Notes: generated from the sequence alone by a model not told the origin. A stretch of DNA of 64,000 bases from a bacterium (GCA_965233585.1 CBDDTI010000746.1:96001-160000); one strand, 5' to 3'; counted from the first letter of the stretch, positions 1 to 10,493 are shown. Numbers and translations: made by a program.

Positions 1-1500
1 CAGCCGACCAAGTGAGCTTAATTTGTGTCTCTGACCCTGTTACTTGAGCCACTGCTAAATCTGCGGGGGTGTCTGGTTTTTCTGTCAAAGTGATGCTTTT
101 CTCAGTTGATGTGTCAGACTCGCCCCAGAGATTGACCGCAGAGATTTTGTAAAAATAAGTGAGTCCTTTAGTGGGAACTGTGTCCGTGTAAGAAGTGGTT
201 GTGCCAGTGTGTGCCAGCGAATAAGCCCCGCCTGAAGTTTTGCGATAGACTTTGTAACTGTTCGCTGTCGCAACAGCATTCCAAGTCAGCTGGCTTTTAG
301 TTTCTGAATTTTGAACTTGAGCCACTGCTAAACCTGTTGGTTTGGCAGGTTTTTCTATCAAAGCAACACTTTTCTCACTTGATTTGGAAGATTCTCCAGC
401 GACATTGACAGCAGAGATTTTATAGTAGTAAGTGCGTCCTTTGGTGGGCACTGTATCAGTGTAAGTTGTTGCAGAACCATCAGCAGTGGTGTGAACTGAC
501 GTGTTGACGTTGCCTGAAGTGTTGCTGCGATAGATTTTGTAACTGGTGGCTGATGTGGTGGCATTCCAAGTCAGCTGGCTTTTAGTCTCTGAATTTGCAA
601 CTTGAGCTACTGCTAATCCTGTTGGTGCAGCAGATTTTTCTACCAGCGTCACGTTTGTTTCACTGGATTTGGCAGATTCTCCCCCAATGTTCACAGCAGA
701 GATTTGGTAGTAGTAAGTGATTCCTTTAGTCGGAACTGTATCAGTGTAAGTTATTGTAGAACCATCAGCAGTGGTGTGAACTTGTGAGTAGCCTGTGCCT
801 GAAGCAGTGCTGCGATAGATTTTGTAACTGTTAGCTCCCGTGGTGGCATTCCAAGTCAATTTAGCTTCTGTCTCTGACCCTGCCACTTGAACCACTGCTA
901 AGCCTGTTGGTGCAGCAGATTTTTCTATCAACGCCACGCTTTTCTCAACTGATTTGGCAGATTCTCCAGCGACATTGACAGCAGAGATTTTGTAGTAGTA
1001 AGTGTTGCCTTTGGTGAGTCCTGTGTTAGTGTAAGTCGTTGTAGCACCATCATTGATTGTGTGAACTTGTGAGTAGCCTGTGCCTGAAGTGGTGCTGCGA
1101 TAGATTTTGTAACTGGTGGCTCCTGTGACGGCATTCCAAGTCAGCTTTGCCTGTGTCTCTGTTCCTTGAACTTGAACCACTGCCAAGCCTGTTGGTGCAG
1201 CAGTCGGTTTGGTTTGCAAGGTCAAAGAGACGCCTGTTAGATAAGTTTCTCCTGTCTCAGAGACAGCAGAGATGCGGTATTGATAAACTCCTGCTTGAGT
1301 CAATCCTGAATCTGTCCAGCTGGTCGTTGAAGCATCAGCAGTGGTGTGAATCAACTCCCAACTTCCATCTGGTTTTTGACGATAGATTTTGTAATGTTTG
1401 ATGACAGACACATCAACAGGCAGAGACCATGACAAGTTAGCAGTATCGCTAGAACTTTGAGTGGCTTTGGGATTCTGGACAAAACGTCTGGCACTGGCAG
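1..1500 (-). repeat. Tandem ~285-bp (95 aa) FN3-coding repeats, at least 5 units plus a partial
   Basis: GCATTCCAAGTCA recurs at 276, 561, 846 and 1131 (exact 285-bp period); the flanking units are spaced 273 and 291 bp. Confidence 0.9.
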
Positions 1501-3061
1501 TGAGTGAATCAGTTTGAGCAGAACAAGCAGAGCCTTGGCAGAACTCCAGACGGTAATTGTAAGTTTTGTTGGCATCAACAGAAGTGTCTGAATAAGGAGA
1601 GCTGGCATTGGTTGCAAGTGTTGCAAACGAATCACTTGAAGACAATTTGCGATAGATGTTGTAGCTCATGCCTTGCTTATGCTTCCATGAGATTTGCGGA
1701 GGAGAATTGCCAACAAAGGTGATGTCTTCCACCAGTCCGCTCAAAGCCGCAGAAACCTGACACTCATTGCCTGAAGCGACAAAAGACTCATCGTGTTTGT
1801 TCTGATACTTGACAGCACCACACTGGTTGGCAGTGGCTGGGGTGTAAACATATTGCCCTGATGAGTTCAAAGTCAGTTCACTGTCTGCCTTGACTCCTGC
1901 AATAGCAAGTGCAAATCCTTTGGCTGATGAAGGATTGTTTTGAATCCCTGCTTGAAAAGAGAGGGGAGTTTTTTGATCAAGTCCAAAGCTGGTAGGTGTC
2001 TGGTCATCTTTTTCTCTGACGCCTAGCGAGTATTTAACGGGGTTGCTGTTCCATGATTGCTTGGGAATGACAAGGTATTGACCATCTTGGGTTGGCGTCA
2101 AGTCAACAGGTTCACAAGTGCTGAAGTTGTCTTTGGAGACAAGCAACGTTCCTTTTTGGTTGGAACACGCATGGCTTGCATCATAAGGAGTTTGGGAGGC
2201 AACCAGCGGAGTTTGAGTTTTCAAAAGCAGAGGGCTGAGGGCGAAAGTCTTGCTATCGCTGTCTTGAAGTGTTTGGAGTTCTGCAATCAAGAAAGGGTCG
2301 CAGTTGACTTGAAACTCTTGCATCGGGAGTTGTTCGCTTTTCTCTGGGTCTGCAGTTTTGACTTTCAAACTCACTTTGAGCTTTTTGACTTTGTCAGCAT
2401 AGTCCATCAAGTCAAACTGCATGGCAGACTGACTCATTTCCCCAAGTTTCTTGCCTTCTCCATCATAGATTTCAAGGTCTGCGACATAACCCCTGCTGCC
2501 GACGTTTGCAGTCTGTTCGCCAGACATAGACAGCTGAAACGCACAACTTGACCCTGTGCTTCTTTGATGGGCAAGTTGTCCTGTGATAGGAAAATGCTTG
2601 CCTGCTGGTCTGATTTTGACCTTGACTTCTGTCACGCCTGATTCTCTAAACTGAAAACTCCCAGAAATCCCAGTTTGATGCACTCCGTAACGCACGGATT
2701 CTGTGGCAGTGACGTCTTCTTCTTCATAACCTCTGACTTGAACAATCCAGTCTCCGCTAGTGTCTTCAAAGTCTAATTTGGTGTAGTAATTCTCATCAAG
2801 CCTGAGAACGCTTTTTGCTTTTTCAAATTCTTCTTTGAGAGAAAGCCCTGCTTGGTAGTCTTCTGCTCTAAAAATCAAAGCATAGTTTGACCGAATGGTC
2901 GCTTTGTCCCACTTGGAAGAAGACGCACTTGAGTCTGCCCCAATGGACAACTGCACACTTTCTTTGCCCCCTTCTGAATTACAAGAAGACAGCACCATCA
3001 CGCTTAACAACACACCACCAACCAACTGAAAACCACTTTTGCATTTTTTAAAGAAACTCAT
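1..3061 (-). CDS. Large surface lipoprotein with Ig-like region and tandem fibronectin type III repeats (3' end beyond window, >1020 aa)
   Basis: Manual translation from ATG at 3061 (AGGAGG RBS at 3067-3072): MSFFKKCKSGFQLVGGVLLSVMVLSSC, a lipobox. The repeated FN3 motif LTWNA..SYKIYRS..YTDT..YYYKISAVN..GES has its Trp codons at 1427, 1136, 851, 566, 281 and 8, all in frame with the start. Not in the ORF track because the stop lies outside the window. Confidence 0.85.
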   Translation of the reverse strand, partial: MSFFKKCKSGFQLVGGVLLSVMVLSSCNSEGGKESVQLSIGADSSASSSKWDKATIRSNYALIFRAEDYQAGLSLKEEFEKAKSVLRLDENYYTKLDFEDTSGDWIVQVRGYEEEDVTATESVRYGVHQTGISGSFQFRESGVTEVKVKIRPAGKHFPITGQLAHQRSTGSSCAFQLSMSGEQTANVGSRGYVADLEIYDGEGKKLGEMSQSAMQFDLMDYADKVKKLKVSLKVKTADPEKSEQLPMQEFQVNCDPFLIAELQTLQDSDSKTFALSPLLLKTQTPLVASQTPYDASHACSNQKGTLLVSKDNFSTCEPVDLTPTQDGQYLVIPKQSWNSNPVKYSLGVREKDDQTPTSFGLDQKTPLSFQAGIQNNPSSAKGFALAIAGVKADSELTLNSSGQYVYTPATANQCGAVKYQNKHDESFVASGNECQVSAALSGLVEDITFVGNSPPQISWKHKQGMSYNIYRKLSSSDSFATLATNASSPYSDTSVDANKTYNYRLEFCQGSACSAQTDSLTASARRFVQNPKATQSSSDTANLSWSLPVDVSVIKHYKIYRQKPDGSWELIHTTADASTTSWTDSGLTQAGVYQYRISAVSETGETYLTGVSLTLQTKPTAAPTGLAVVQVQGTETQAKLTWNAVTGATSYKIYRSTTSGTGYSQVHTINDGATTTYTNTGLTKGNTYYYKISAVNVAGESAKSVEKSVALIEKSAAPTGLAVVQVAGSETEAKLTWNATTGANSYKIYRSTASGTGYSQVHTTADGSTITYTDTVPTKGITYYYQISAVNIGGESAKSSETNVTLVEKSAAPTGLAVAQVANSETKSQLTWNATTSATSYKIYRSNTSGNVNTSVHTTADGSATTYTDTVPTKGRTYYYKISAVNVAGESSKSSEKSVALIEKPAKPTGLAVAQVQNSETKSQLTWNAVATANSYKVYRKTSGGAYSLAHTGTTTSYTDTVPTKGLTYFYKISAVNLWGESDTSTEKSITLTEKPDTPADLAVAQVTGSETQIKLTWSA

Positions 3062-3199
3062 CAAAACCTCCTGAAACTTAAACACGAAAAAAGACAATTT
3101 ATGACTAAATGAAAACAAAGAAAATGATACATGAAACAAAAAATACATGCAAGGGGATTTTTGAAAAGAAAGCTGAGTGGTGAGAATTTTTTGAGCTTT

Positions 3200-4549
3200 T
3201 CAAAGACCGCTGACGGCTAATTTTTTGAGCTTAAAAGCGGGGGTACGTATAGAACTTCGGTCGTCCACTTCACAAGCAATCATGGTGATGTTTTTCAGCA
3301 TGTCTTGGAATGTTCCTGCAATGGTGATTTCACAGACTGCCTCTGCTAGTTTGCCATCGCGAATCCATAGACCTTCTGCTCCTTGAGAATAATCGCCTGT
3401 TGTAATGTTGATTCCTTGCCCTTTGAGTGAGGTGATGTAAAGTCCGTCAGAAATAGAGTCAATCAATTCAGATTCTGGGGTATTTCCTGCTTTCAAAATC
3501 AGGTTGGAATGCCCCCCTGCATGCCCTGTTGTTGTCATGCCCAGTTTGTTTGCCGAGTAGGTAGAAAGCATGTAATTTTTCAAGATTCCATTTTCAATAA
3601 GAGTCATCGGCTGTGCTTTGACGCCTTCGCTATCAAAATAACGACTTCCCATTTTTTGTGGCAAAAGAGGGTCATCATACAAACAGATTGATGAGTCTGC
3701 AATCGTTTCATTTAAACAGTCCAGCAAGAAGGATTGTTTTCTGTACAACGCCCCGCCCATCAAAGCACTAGCGATAGACTTCCAGAATGTGCGTGAGGTT
3801 TGTCTGTCAAAAATGACAGGGACTTCGCAAGTTTTAGGCTTGGTGGCATCTAATTTACGCAAAGTACGTTGAATGGCTTCTTGAGCAATGTCGTCATTGT
3901 GTTGGAGTTTGGAATAAAAGCAAGAGGAATCATACCAGCCGTCAGATTGCTTGCGTCCTTGATTTTCTCCGCTTGAATCAGGTGAGTCTATCCATAAAAA
4001 AACACCTTTGGCACATGATGTTCCTGATGTCAATTCTAAAAATCCGTTAGAATCACCATAAATGGAATAGCCTGCTGTATCACTAAAAAAGGCACGGTCG
4101 CATTGACAACGTGAGTCTTGTTTGAAGGCTAACTCTTCCAGTTCTTTAGCACAGCTGATTTTATCAGTAGCAGGGACATCAGCAAGTTGGGCATCTTCTA
4201 AATCTAGGTCGCCTTCGGCTTTGCCTTGTAATTCAGGGTTTGGCAGGGTGTAGTATTCATCTGCTTCCATGTATGGCAGGGATTCAAGAGTAGATTGCAG
4301 TAAGGTTTTCACAGAATCAAGAGACAAGTCATTGGAAGAAAAAGAAGACCGTTTGCCTGACTGACTGACTGTCATGCTTAATCCAGAACTTTGAGACTCT
4401 GAAAGGACTTCAATCTCCCCTTTACGAACTTCTACATTGAAGGAAGACCCTACGTTGAGATTGACTGATGCGATGTCTGCCCCTTGTGTCTGAGCAAATT
4501 TTAAAAGGTCTTCTACTAATTTTTGATGTTTTTGTTGTGTCGCGTTCAT
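3200..4549 (-). CDS. pmbA: TldD/PmbA family protein (PmbA/TldE-like)
   Basis: Motifs FDSEG, G.N..TGDYSQGAEG.WI.DG, EITIAG; 449 aa. Confidence 0.85.
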   Translation of the reverse strand: MNATQQKHQKLVEDLLKFAQTQGADIASVNLNVGSSFNVEVRKGEIEVLSESQSSGLSMTVSQSGKRSSFSSNDLSLDSVKTLLQSTLESLPYMEADEYYTLPNPELQGKAEGDLDLEDAQLADVPATDKISCAKELEELAFKQDSRCQCDRAFFSDTAGYSIYGDSNGFLELTSGTSCAKGVFLWIDSPDSSGENQGRKQSDGWYDSSCFYSKLQHNDDIAQEAIQRTLRKLDATKPKTCEVPVIFDRQTSRTFWKSIASALMGGALYRKQSFLLDCLNETIADSSICLYDDPLLPQKMGSRYFDSEGVKAQPMTLIENGILKNYMLSTYSANKLGMTTTGHAGGHSNLILKAGNTPESELIDSISDGLYITSLKGQGINITTGDYSQGAEGLWIRDGKLAEAVCEITIAGTFQDMLKNITMIACEVDDRSSIRTPAFKLKKLAVSGL

Positions 4550-4623
4550 AAGACAATCTGTAAAACAATGTGAATAGGATTAGATGCGTTGAAAAAATGT
4601 TTTGAGATTGAGGAGGTTAGAAA

Positions 4624-5274
4624 CTACTTTGTACAGTATTTTTTATTTGGTATCAATTTGTTTTGAAATCTTGCTTGTGTTAGAAATAGACTAAATTGTT
4701 TTGAGTTTTTCATTTTCCTTGTACCTACCTGCTTTCCTACTAGATTTTGCAAACTGACAACGGCACCAAAAGGGAGAAAGACATCAAAAAATTTTTGATA
4801 ATGTTGTCCCCAGTAAATCATTGCACAAGCCATTGGAGCCCCTTTGCCTTCACTACTTCCATTTTCAAGAAATTTGAGACGAGTATCGTACAAAAAACAA
4901 ATCGCTGTAGCTTGACCCCAAATGTACTCTTTCCAGTGGCTTGTATTAGCAGCCACGGGGATCAATGCTATCACTTCGGAAGCAAATGTTTGGTAGGCAT
5001 GATGACATTTACCGAGCCAATGTTTGATGGTTGTCTTGCGTTCTCTATCTGCTCCGTAAGGAGGATTGACATAGATGGTCGGATAATTCCATTCTTCTAC
5101 TAATCCATTGTGTATTGGCAAAATAAACTCTTTTTTTGCATGAACTACTGACCATTGATTTGAGCAAGGATCTAAATCTATGAATCCCCCAAAGACTTGT
5201 TTGACTGCTTCAACATATTGAGCTGGTGTACACCAATCTACACTTTGAGCATTCACTGTCCTGCCTGCCGTCAT
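4624..5274 (-). CDS. DNA N6-adenine methyltransferase, phage Dam-like family
   Basis: DWCTP, FIDLDPC (SAM binding) and IYVNPPY (catalytic motif IV); short, 216 aa. Confidence 0.85.
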   Translation of the reverse strand: MTAGRTVNAQSVDWCTPAQYVEAVKQVFGGFIDLDPCSNQWSVVHAKKEFILPIHNGLVEEWNYPTIYVNPPYGADRERKTTIKHWLGKCHHAYQTFASEVIALIPVAANTSHWKEYIWGQATAICFLYDTRLKFLENGSSEGKGAPMACAMIYWGQHYQKFFDVFLPFGAVVSLQNLVGKQVGTRKMKNSKQFSLFLTQARFQNKLIPNKKYCTK

Positions 5275-5280
5275 TTTTAA

Positions 5281-6408
5281 TTATTCTTTCCAGTTTTTTG
5301 ATGCAAGAATTTGGAGATGAGTTTTGAGGTCTTGTATTGTCAACCTTACTGGCGAAATAGTGTTGAACCAACTTTCTACTTCTTCTAAATTGTCCTGAAA
5401 ATATCTTTGAAGACTCTGATGAGCTTCCCAAGAAATCTGTACCTTTGTAAACCTATTTTTCCCCTTGTCGCCTGTGTAGCTTTGTATGAATGCTTTCTTA
5501 ACTGACTCATACCGTTCAACTGGATTAAGCAATAAATCATCAACAAATTTTCCAAGTCCTTGGTCTGTCAAAAATAGTAGCCAATCGTAGGACTGAGCGA
5601 GTATTTCAAGTTCCTTATTATGATTGTCAGAGGTAAACCAGTTACCATGATTACTCACAATGCCTATCGTAAGAATAAAGTGTCGCAATAGATCTTGATT
5701 GTTGGAGTCAATAATACTTTGACGAAACTCCTCGTAGGGCTTTAAATGCAAAACATCATTTTCAGTTGACAAAGCACCATAAATACTTCCATCAGTCATT
5801 CTAATTTTTTGCAGAGAAGAGATAGACTTTGCAACATAAGCTCCTTGCTTTGCTTTTTCAATGGTTTGGGGACCTTTCTTGATTCCTTCTTCTACGCCAA
5901 CTCTTTTACATTCAAACATAGCAAATGGTTGAGGCAACAGTTTTTGTATCAAAACATTCCAATTTCCCCCAAATTTGTTTTCAAGGTAAGCTAAGACTAG
6001 CTGACGTTCACCTTCATAAATCATGCAAGCGTTCCGTAGCAGTCTTGATTTAGAAAGCAACTGCATATTCTTGAGTTCGTGAGTTGTGCAAAGTGATTGA
6101 TTCAACTTTTTATGAATTTTCTTTGCAGTAAAAGGTAAATCTTTGTCAGACAAAGTGATACGACCTATTTTTTCTGTTGGGTGGAGGGTGAACTCAACAT
6201 TATGTTTAATGCTAGGGTTCGCATACTCCGGAAGGCGTCTTTCTATCACAGTGTGTTTTTCATAATTCCAAGATTTTAGTAAGTAAAAGTTGATGATTTC
6301 TACCAAAGTTCCCAAAGCTCGCCCCGCCGCTTTTTTAGAGTCTTTGGCATAACTGAACACATCATTGGCTAATACTTTTTGGAGTGTATCAATGGAGATA
6401 TAAGCCAT
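5281..6408 (-). CDS. Putative restriction endonuclease or PD-(D/E)xK-like nuclease (uncharacterised)
   Basis: Ends 6 bp upstream of the MTase, same strand. GRALGTLVE helix, HNVEF and MFECKRVG (E-x-K) motifs. ATG at 6408; alternative TTG at 6429. Confidence 0.5.
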   Translation of the reverse strand: MAYISIDTLQKVLANDVFSYAKDSKKAAGRALGTLVEIINFYLLKSWNYEKHTVIERRLPEYANPSIKHNVEFTLHPTEKIGRITLSDKDLPFTAKKIHKKLNQSLCTTHELKNMQLLSKSRLLRNACMIYEGERQLVLAYLENKFGGNWNVLIQKLLPQPFAMFECKRVGVEEGIKKGPQTIEKAKQGAYVAKSISSLQKIRMTDGSIYGALSTENDVLHLKPYEEFRQSIIDSNNQDLLRHFILTIGIVSNHGNWFTSDNHNKELEILAQSYDWLLFLTDQGLGKFVDDLLLNPVERYESVKKAFIQSYTGDKGKNRFTKVQISWEAHQSLQRYFQDNLEEVESWFNTISPVRLTIQDLKTHLQILASKNWKE

Positions 6409-6438
6409 GCTTTTAGATTGATGAGTCAAATGAAACTT

Positions 6439-7455
6439 TCAAGGAGTAGGAACAGAGGCAAGGATTTTTTGGAGAATTTGCTCTGATGTGATGCCTTCTG
6501 CCTCTGCAATATAGCTGGTGATGATACGATGCCTTAAAACAGAAGGAGCAATGTCTTTGACGTCTTGGGGGAGAACGAAGCCTCTTTTGTCAAGCAAGGC
6601 TTTGGCTTTGGCACACTTCATTAGGGCAATGCCCGCACGTGGCGAAGCACCAAAGTCCACCATTGGAGCAAGCTCGGCACAACCTGCATCAACAAGGTTT
6701 CTGGTGGCACGTGTGAGGTTAAGGATATATTGAATGAGCTTTGGGTCAATAAAAATGCGTTTAGCTAGGTCTTGGGCTTTGAGCAAAGTGTCATTGGTGA
6801 GCTGTGTTTGCGGAGTGTGATTTTCAAGAGTGCCTTGATCTACCTTTTGGAGCATTTCTAGTTCATCTTGGGCTTTGGGATAGCTCACAATAATTTTGAG
6901 CAAGAATCGGTCAACTTGTGCTTCTGGTAGCTGATAGGCGCCTTCTTGTTCAATGGGATTTTGTGTAGCAAGTGTCAAAAAAGGTTTTTCTAGCAAAAAA
7001 GTTTCTCCGCCAATCGTGACTTGCCTTTCTTGCATGGCTTCTAACAATGCCGCCTGTGCTTTGGCAGGTGCGCGATTGATTTCATCTGCCAGTAATAAAT
7101 TGCAAAAAACAGGACCTTTTTTGATGGTGAATTCGTATGTTGTTGGGTTCAAGATTTGTGAGCCTGTGATGTCAGAGGGGAGCAAATCTGGAGTAAACTG
7201 GATTCTGTGAAAAGAGGTATTTGATGCTTGAGCCAGTGCTTTGATGGCGGTTGTTTTTGCTAAACCGGGCAAGCCCTCCATCAAAATATGTCCATCAGCA
7301 AGCAATGCAACAAGTAGTGCATCAACCATCTCTTTTTGACCAATGATGGAGCGATGGATTTCTTGGTCAAGCTGTTGAAGCCAAATTGCTTGTGATTCAG
7401 CTTCTTTGGTGAGGCTTTCTATTTGTTGAGCAACTGTAAATTGACTTTCTTCCAT
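6439..7455 (-). CDS. moxR: MoxR family AAA+ ATPase
   Basis: EGLPGLAKT, RIQFTPDLLPSD, LADEINRAPAK, ATQNPIEQEG, GASPR; start reassigned to ATG 7455. Confidence 0.92.
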   Translation of the reverse strand: MEESQFTVAQQIESLTKEAESQAIWLQQLDQEIHRSIIGQKEMVDALLVALLADGHILMEGLPGLAKTTAIKALAQASNTSFHRIQFTPDLLPSDITGSQILNPTTYEFTIKKGPVFCNLLLADEINRAPAKAQAALLEAMQERQVTIGGETFLLEKPFLTLATQNPIEQEGAYQLPEAQVDRFLLKIIVSYPKAQDELEMLQKVDQGTLENHTPQTQLTNDTLLKAQDLAKRIFIDPKLIQYILNLTRATRNLVDAGCAELAPMVDFGASPRAGIALMKCAKAKALLDKRGFVLPQDVKDIAPSVLRHRIITSYIAEAEGITSEQILQKILASVPTP

Positions 7456-7531
7456 TGGCAAATGATTTGAGCAGATGTGATATAAGCTGTCCATTCTATA
7501 CAAAAATTCAAGTTTAGACAAACTATCTCTA

Positions 7532-7559
7532 TTGTATTTCTAAAGAATTGAAGTATAAT
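7532..7559 (+). promoter_or_regulatory. Possible sigma70 promoter for ahcY
   Basis: TTGTAT-N16-TATAAT in the divergent moxR/ahcY intergenic region. Confidence 0.35.
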
Positions 7560-7681
7560 TTATGGGTTTATCTTTTGCCAATCTGCTATGTCCATTTTGG
7601 GAGATTGACAGAGATTTTGTCGCAAGTTCTTTTTTTAGGGCTTGCATTCCATTAACCACAAATAAATTGAGTAAGGAGATC

Positions 7682-9010
7682 ATGAGTAAAGCATCTGTCA
7701 AACCGATTGCCAATCAAGATTATGAAGTCAAAGACATTAGCCTCGCAGAATGGGGACGCAAAGAGATTACTCTTGCTGAACAAGAAATGCCGGGTTTAAT
7801 GGAGTTAAGAAAAGAGTACCAAGAAAGCAAACCTTTAGCAGGAGCAAGGATTGCAGGTTGTTTGCACATGACCATTCAAACAGCCGTGTTGATTGAAACC
7901 TTGACAGCTCTTGGTGCAGACGTACGTTGGTCATCATGCAACATTTTTTCAACGCAAGACCATGCTGCTGCTGCGATTGCCGCCGCAGGAATCCCTGTTT
8001 TTGCTTGGAAAGGTGAAACAGACGAAGAATATTGGAGTTGCATTAAAAGAACACTGGATTTTGGAGGTGGTCAAGCACTCAATATGATTCTTGATGATGG
8101 GGGTGATTTGACCCAATATGTCCATGAAAAACGACCTGACTTGTTGCCCGGCATTCGTGGAGTGTCTGAAGAAACAACAACGGGCGTGCATCGTCTCTAC
8201 CAAATGGCAAAGTCTGGAGACTTGAAAATTCCTGCAATCAATGTGAATGATTCTGTCACCAAAAGCAAATTTGACAACTTGTATGGCTGTCGTGAGTCTA
8301 TGATTGACGGCTTACGTCGTGCAACAGACATCATGGTTGCTGGTAAAGTTGGGGTTGTTGCTGGCTATGGAGACGTTGGGAAAGGCTCTGCACAGGCATT
8401 GAGAACGTCAGGGGCAAGAGTATTAATCACAGAGATTGACCCGATTTGTGCGTTGCAAGCGGCAATGGAAGGTTTTGAGGTCGTAACAATGGACGAAGCT
8501 GCTCCTATTGGAGACATTTTTGTCACGGCAACAGGTTGTAAAGATGTCATCAATAAGCAACACATGAACGCAATGAAAGACCTTGCTATCGTTTGTAACG
8601 TTGGACATTTTGACGATGAAATTGCCATGGCAGATTTGGAAGCAGACGCATCGTTGGTCAAAGAGGCTATCAAACCCCAAGTAGATCAATACAAATGGTC
8701 AAATGGTAAACGTTTGATTGTTTTGGCAGAGGGACGTTTGGTGAATTTGGGTTGTGCCACAGGACACCCTAGCTTTGTGATGTCAGCAAGTTTTACAAAC
8801 CAAACTTTAGCACAAATTGAGCTTTGGAATACTCCTGAAAACTATGAAAATTGCGAGGTTTATTTGCTCCCTAAAGAGTTAGATGAAAAGGTAGCCAAAC
8901 TACACCTTGCCAAACTTGGAGTCAAACTAGAAACCTTGACCGAAGAGCAATCTGAATACCTTCAAATTCCCGTAGAAGGACCTTATAAACCAGAACTCTA
9001 CCGTTATTGA
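7682..9010 (+). CDS. ahcY: Adenosylhomocysteinase (SAH hydrolase)
   Basis: [47 protein letters not shown], terminal YRY; AAGGAG RBS before ATG 7682. Confidence 0.97.
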   Translation: MSKASVKPIANQDYEVKDISLAEWGRKEITLAEQEMPGLMELRKEYQESKPLAGARIAGCLHMTIQTAVLIETLTALGADVRWSSCNIFSTQDHAAAAIAAAGIPVFAWKGETDEEYWSCIKRTLDFGGGQALNMILDDGGDLTQYVHEKRPDLLPGIRGVSEETTTGVHRLYQMAKSGDLKIPAINVNDSVTKSKFDNLYGCRESMIDGLRRATDIMVAGKVGVVAGYGDVGKGSAQALRTSGARVLITEIDPICALQAAMEGFEVVTMDEAAPIGDIFVTATGCKDVINKQHMNAMKDLAIVCNVGHFDDEIAMADLEADASLVKEAIKPQVDQYKWSNGKRLIVLAEGRLVNLGCATGHPSFVMSASFTNQTLAQIELWNTPENYENCEVYLLPKELDEKVAKLHLAKLGVKLETLTEEQSEYLQIPVEGPYKPELYRY

Positions 9011-9014
9011 GTCA

Positions 9015-9929
9015 ATGCGATTTGTTTCTGTTGGGGGAAGTGCAAATCGTTTTTTATCGGGCGTGTGGGCTGTCTTGATTTTGGGCAGTTGCACGTCTGT
9101 GATTCCATACCATGAGGCACAGATTGAGCTGACAGACCAAAAAACAGCTCCTTATCCTCCAAAATCTGTTGAGCTTATCAAAAAGCAGGACTTCATTTTT
9201 TTTGAAGCCTTCCCGAACTCTCTCACTTCTAAGCAAGAAGAATTTCTTAAAATTCTTAAAGACCAAATTCTAAAACATGGACATTTACAACAATTACCTG
9301 AATCTCGCATTCAACATGCCAAGCAACAAGTGCTTTCATTGAAAGACGAACAAGCTGTTTTAAAATTTGGGCAACTTCTCAAAACAAGATATGTTGGGAT
9401 TTTTCAATTTACAGACCATCCTGAAACTGACCAAAAGCCAGCAGATGCCTTGATCCAAATTAAAATCTATCAAGTGTCTCCTGAACGTTTAATTTTACAA
9501 ACAGGGGTTTATTTGCAAAAAACGCAAGAAGACAGTTTAAAGGAAGGATTAAAGTTGCGGGTTCAAAAAGCTTTGCCCCAAAGGGGATTCATTCTTGAAA
9601 CCAAAGCGAATAGAACGTGGATTAAAATTTCGTTGGGTAAACAGGACAAAATACGCAACAATCGTCGTTTTAGAATTTATAGAAGAACATTTGATGAATC
9701 TACCAATGAAAAAACGGTCAAAAGTCAACTATCAAGCAAAAAAGAACGAAATGAAAGCCAACAAGCGGTTGTCAAAACAGCGATGACAACCGTCAAGCGT
9801 GAACGATTAAGCGAAGTTGGTCAAGCGGTTGTCAAAATCGTCAAACAAAGACATGCTTTTGCTGTTGTAGAGCAGTCTGATCGTCATAGGATTTTAAGTG
9901 GGGACGTGGTGGTAGCACAACCAGAATGA
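9015..9929 (+). CDS. Hypothetical lipoprotein (loosely CsgG/FlgT-like layout)
   Basis: 304-aa ORF 4 bp after ahcY; hydrophobic stretch with ILGSC lipobox. Confidence 0.55.
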   Translation: MRFVSVGGSANRFLSGVWAVLILGSCTSVIPYHEAQIELTDQKTAPYPPKSVELIKKQDFIFFEAFPNSLTSKQEEFLKILKDQILKHGHLQQLPESRIQHAKQQVLSLKDEQAVLKFGQLLKTRYVGIFQFTDHPETDQKPADALIQIKIYQVSPERLILQTGVYLQKTQEDSLKEGLKLRVQKALPQRGFILETKANRTWIKISLGKQDKIRNNRRFRIYRRTFDESTNEKTVKSQLSSKKERNESQQAVVKTAMTTVKRERLSEVGQAVVKIVKQRHAFAVVEQSDRHRILSGDVVVAQPE

Positions 9930-10474
9930 ATGTTGATGAACACAAAAAAATTTTAAGAAAATGGGTGAGACAAAAATTACAACCTGTCTCTGAAGAGGTT
10001 GTTTGTCAAACTTATTCAAATTGGGAGCTTTTTTTAAACGCAAAAGTCATTCATTGTTTCATGAATTTACCCCATGAGATGAGTTTAACCCCTTTGATTG
10101 AGCAGTGTCATGTGTTGGGGAAAACTGTTGTCATTCCAAAATTTTCCAGACAGACAACAGAGATAAAATTGGCTGTTTTAGGTAAAGAAGACCAAACGAC
10201 GATAGGAGCTTTTGGAGTGAGACAGCCTGCAACCCATGCAAAAGTCATTCATAAGCAAGAGGTTGATCTTTGGTTTGTTCCCGGTTTGGCATTCAGTCTG
10301 ACGGGGGCAAGGTTGGGTTACGGAAAAGGCTACTATGATCGTTTGTTGTTTGAGGTTGAGCAACCACTGGTAGGAGCTTGCCTTGAAAAGCAGATCATTG
10401 ACTATGTTCCAGCAGATCACTTTGATGTTTCAGTCCATCATCTCATCACTGAAAATTCTTTGATTCATATTTAA
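9926..10474 (+). CDS. 5-formyltetrahydrofolate cyclo-ligase
   Basis: DLWFVPGLAF...RLGYGKGYYDR and D..V motif; ATGA overlap with the upstream gene. Confidence 0.92.
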   Translation: MNVDEHKKILRKWVRQKLQPVSEEVVCQTYSNWELFLNAKVIHCFMNLPHEMSLTPLIEQCHVLGKTVVIPKFSRQTTEIKLAVLGKEDQTTIGAFGVRQPATHAKVIHKQEVDLWFVPGLAFSLTGARLGYGKGYYDRLLFEVEQPLVGACLEKQIIDYVPADHFDVSVHHLITENSLIHI

Positions 10475-10493
10475 CACGAACTTGCATACAAAA

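Noticed and set aside
1..1500. Regular repeats as a possible CRISPR array or diversity-generating template
   Set aside because: The 285-bp period is a multiple of 3 and the whole unit is conserved and protein-coding (FN3); no unique spacers, cas genes or reverse transcriptase
85..2551. Short ORFs in the track (85-279, 358-564, 928-1134, 1147-1401, 1351-1635, 1504-1722, 2057-2551)
   Set aside because: Alternative-frame or antisense shadows of the long FN3 lipoprotein gene
4624..6429. Prophage remnant, suggested by the phage-type Dam methyltransferase
   Set aside because: No integrase, structural genes or att-like repeats seen nearby
7560..7681. SAH or SAM riboswitch upstream of ahcY
   Set aside because: No recognisable conserved motif by eye; an Rfam scan would be needed
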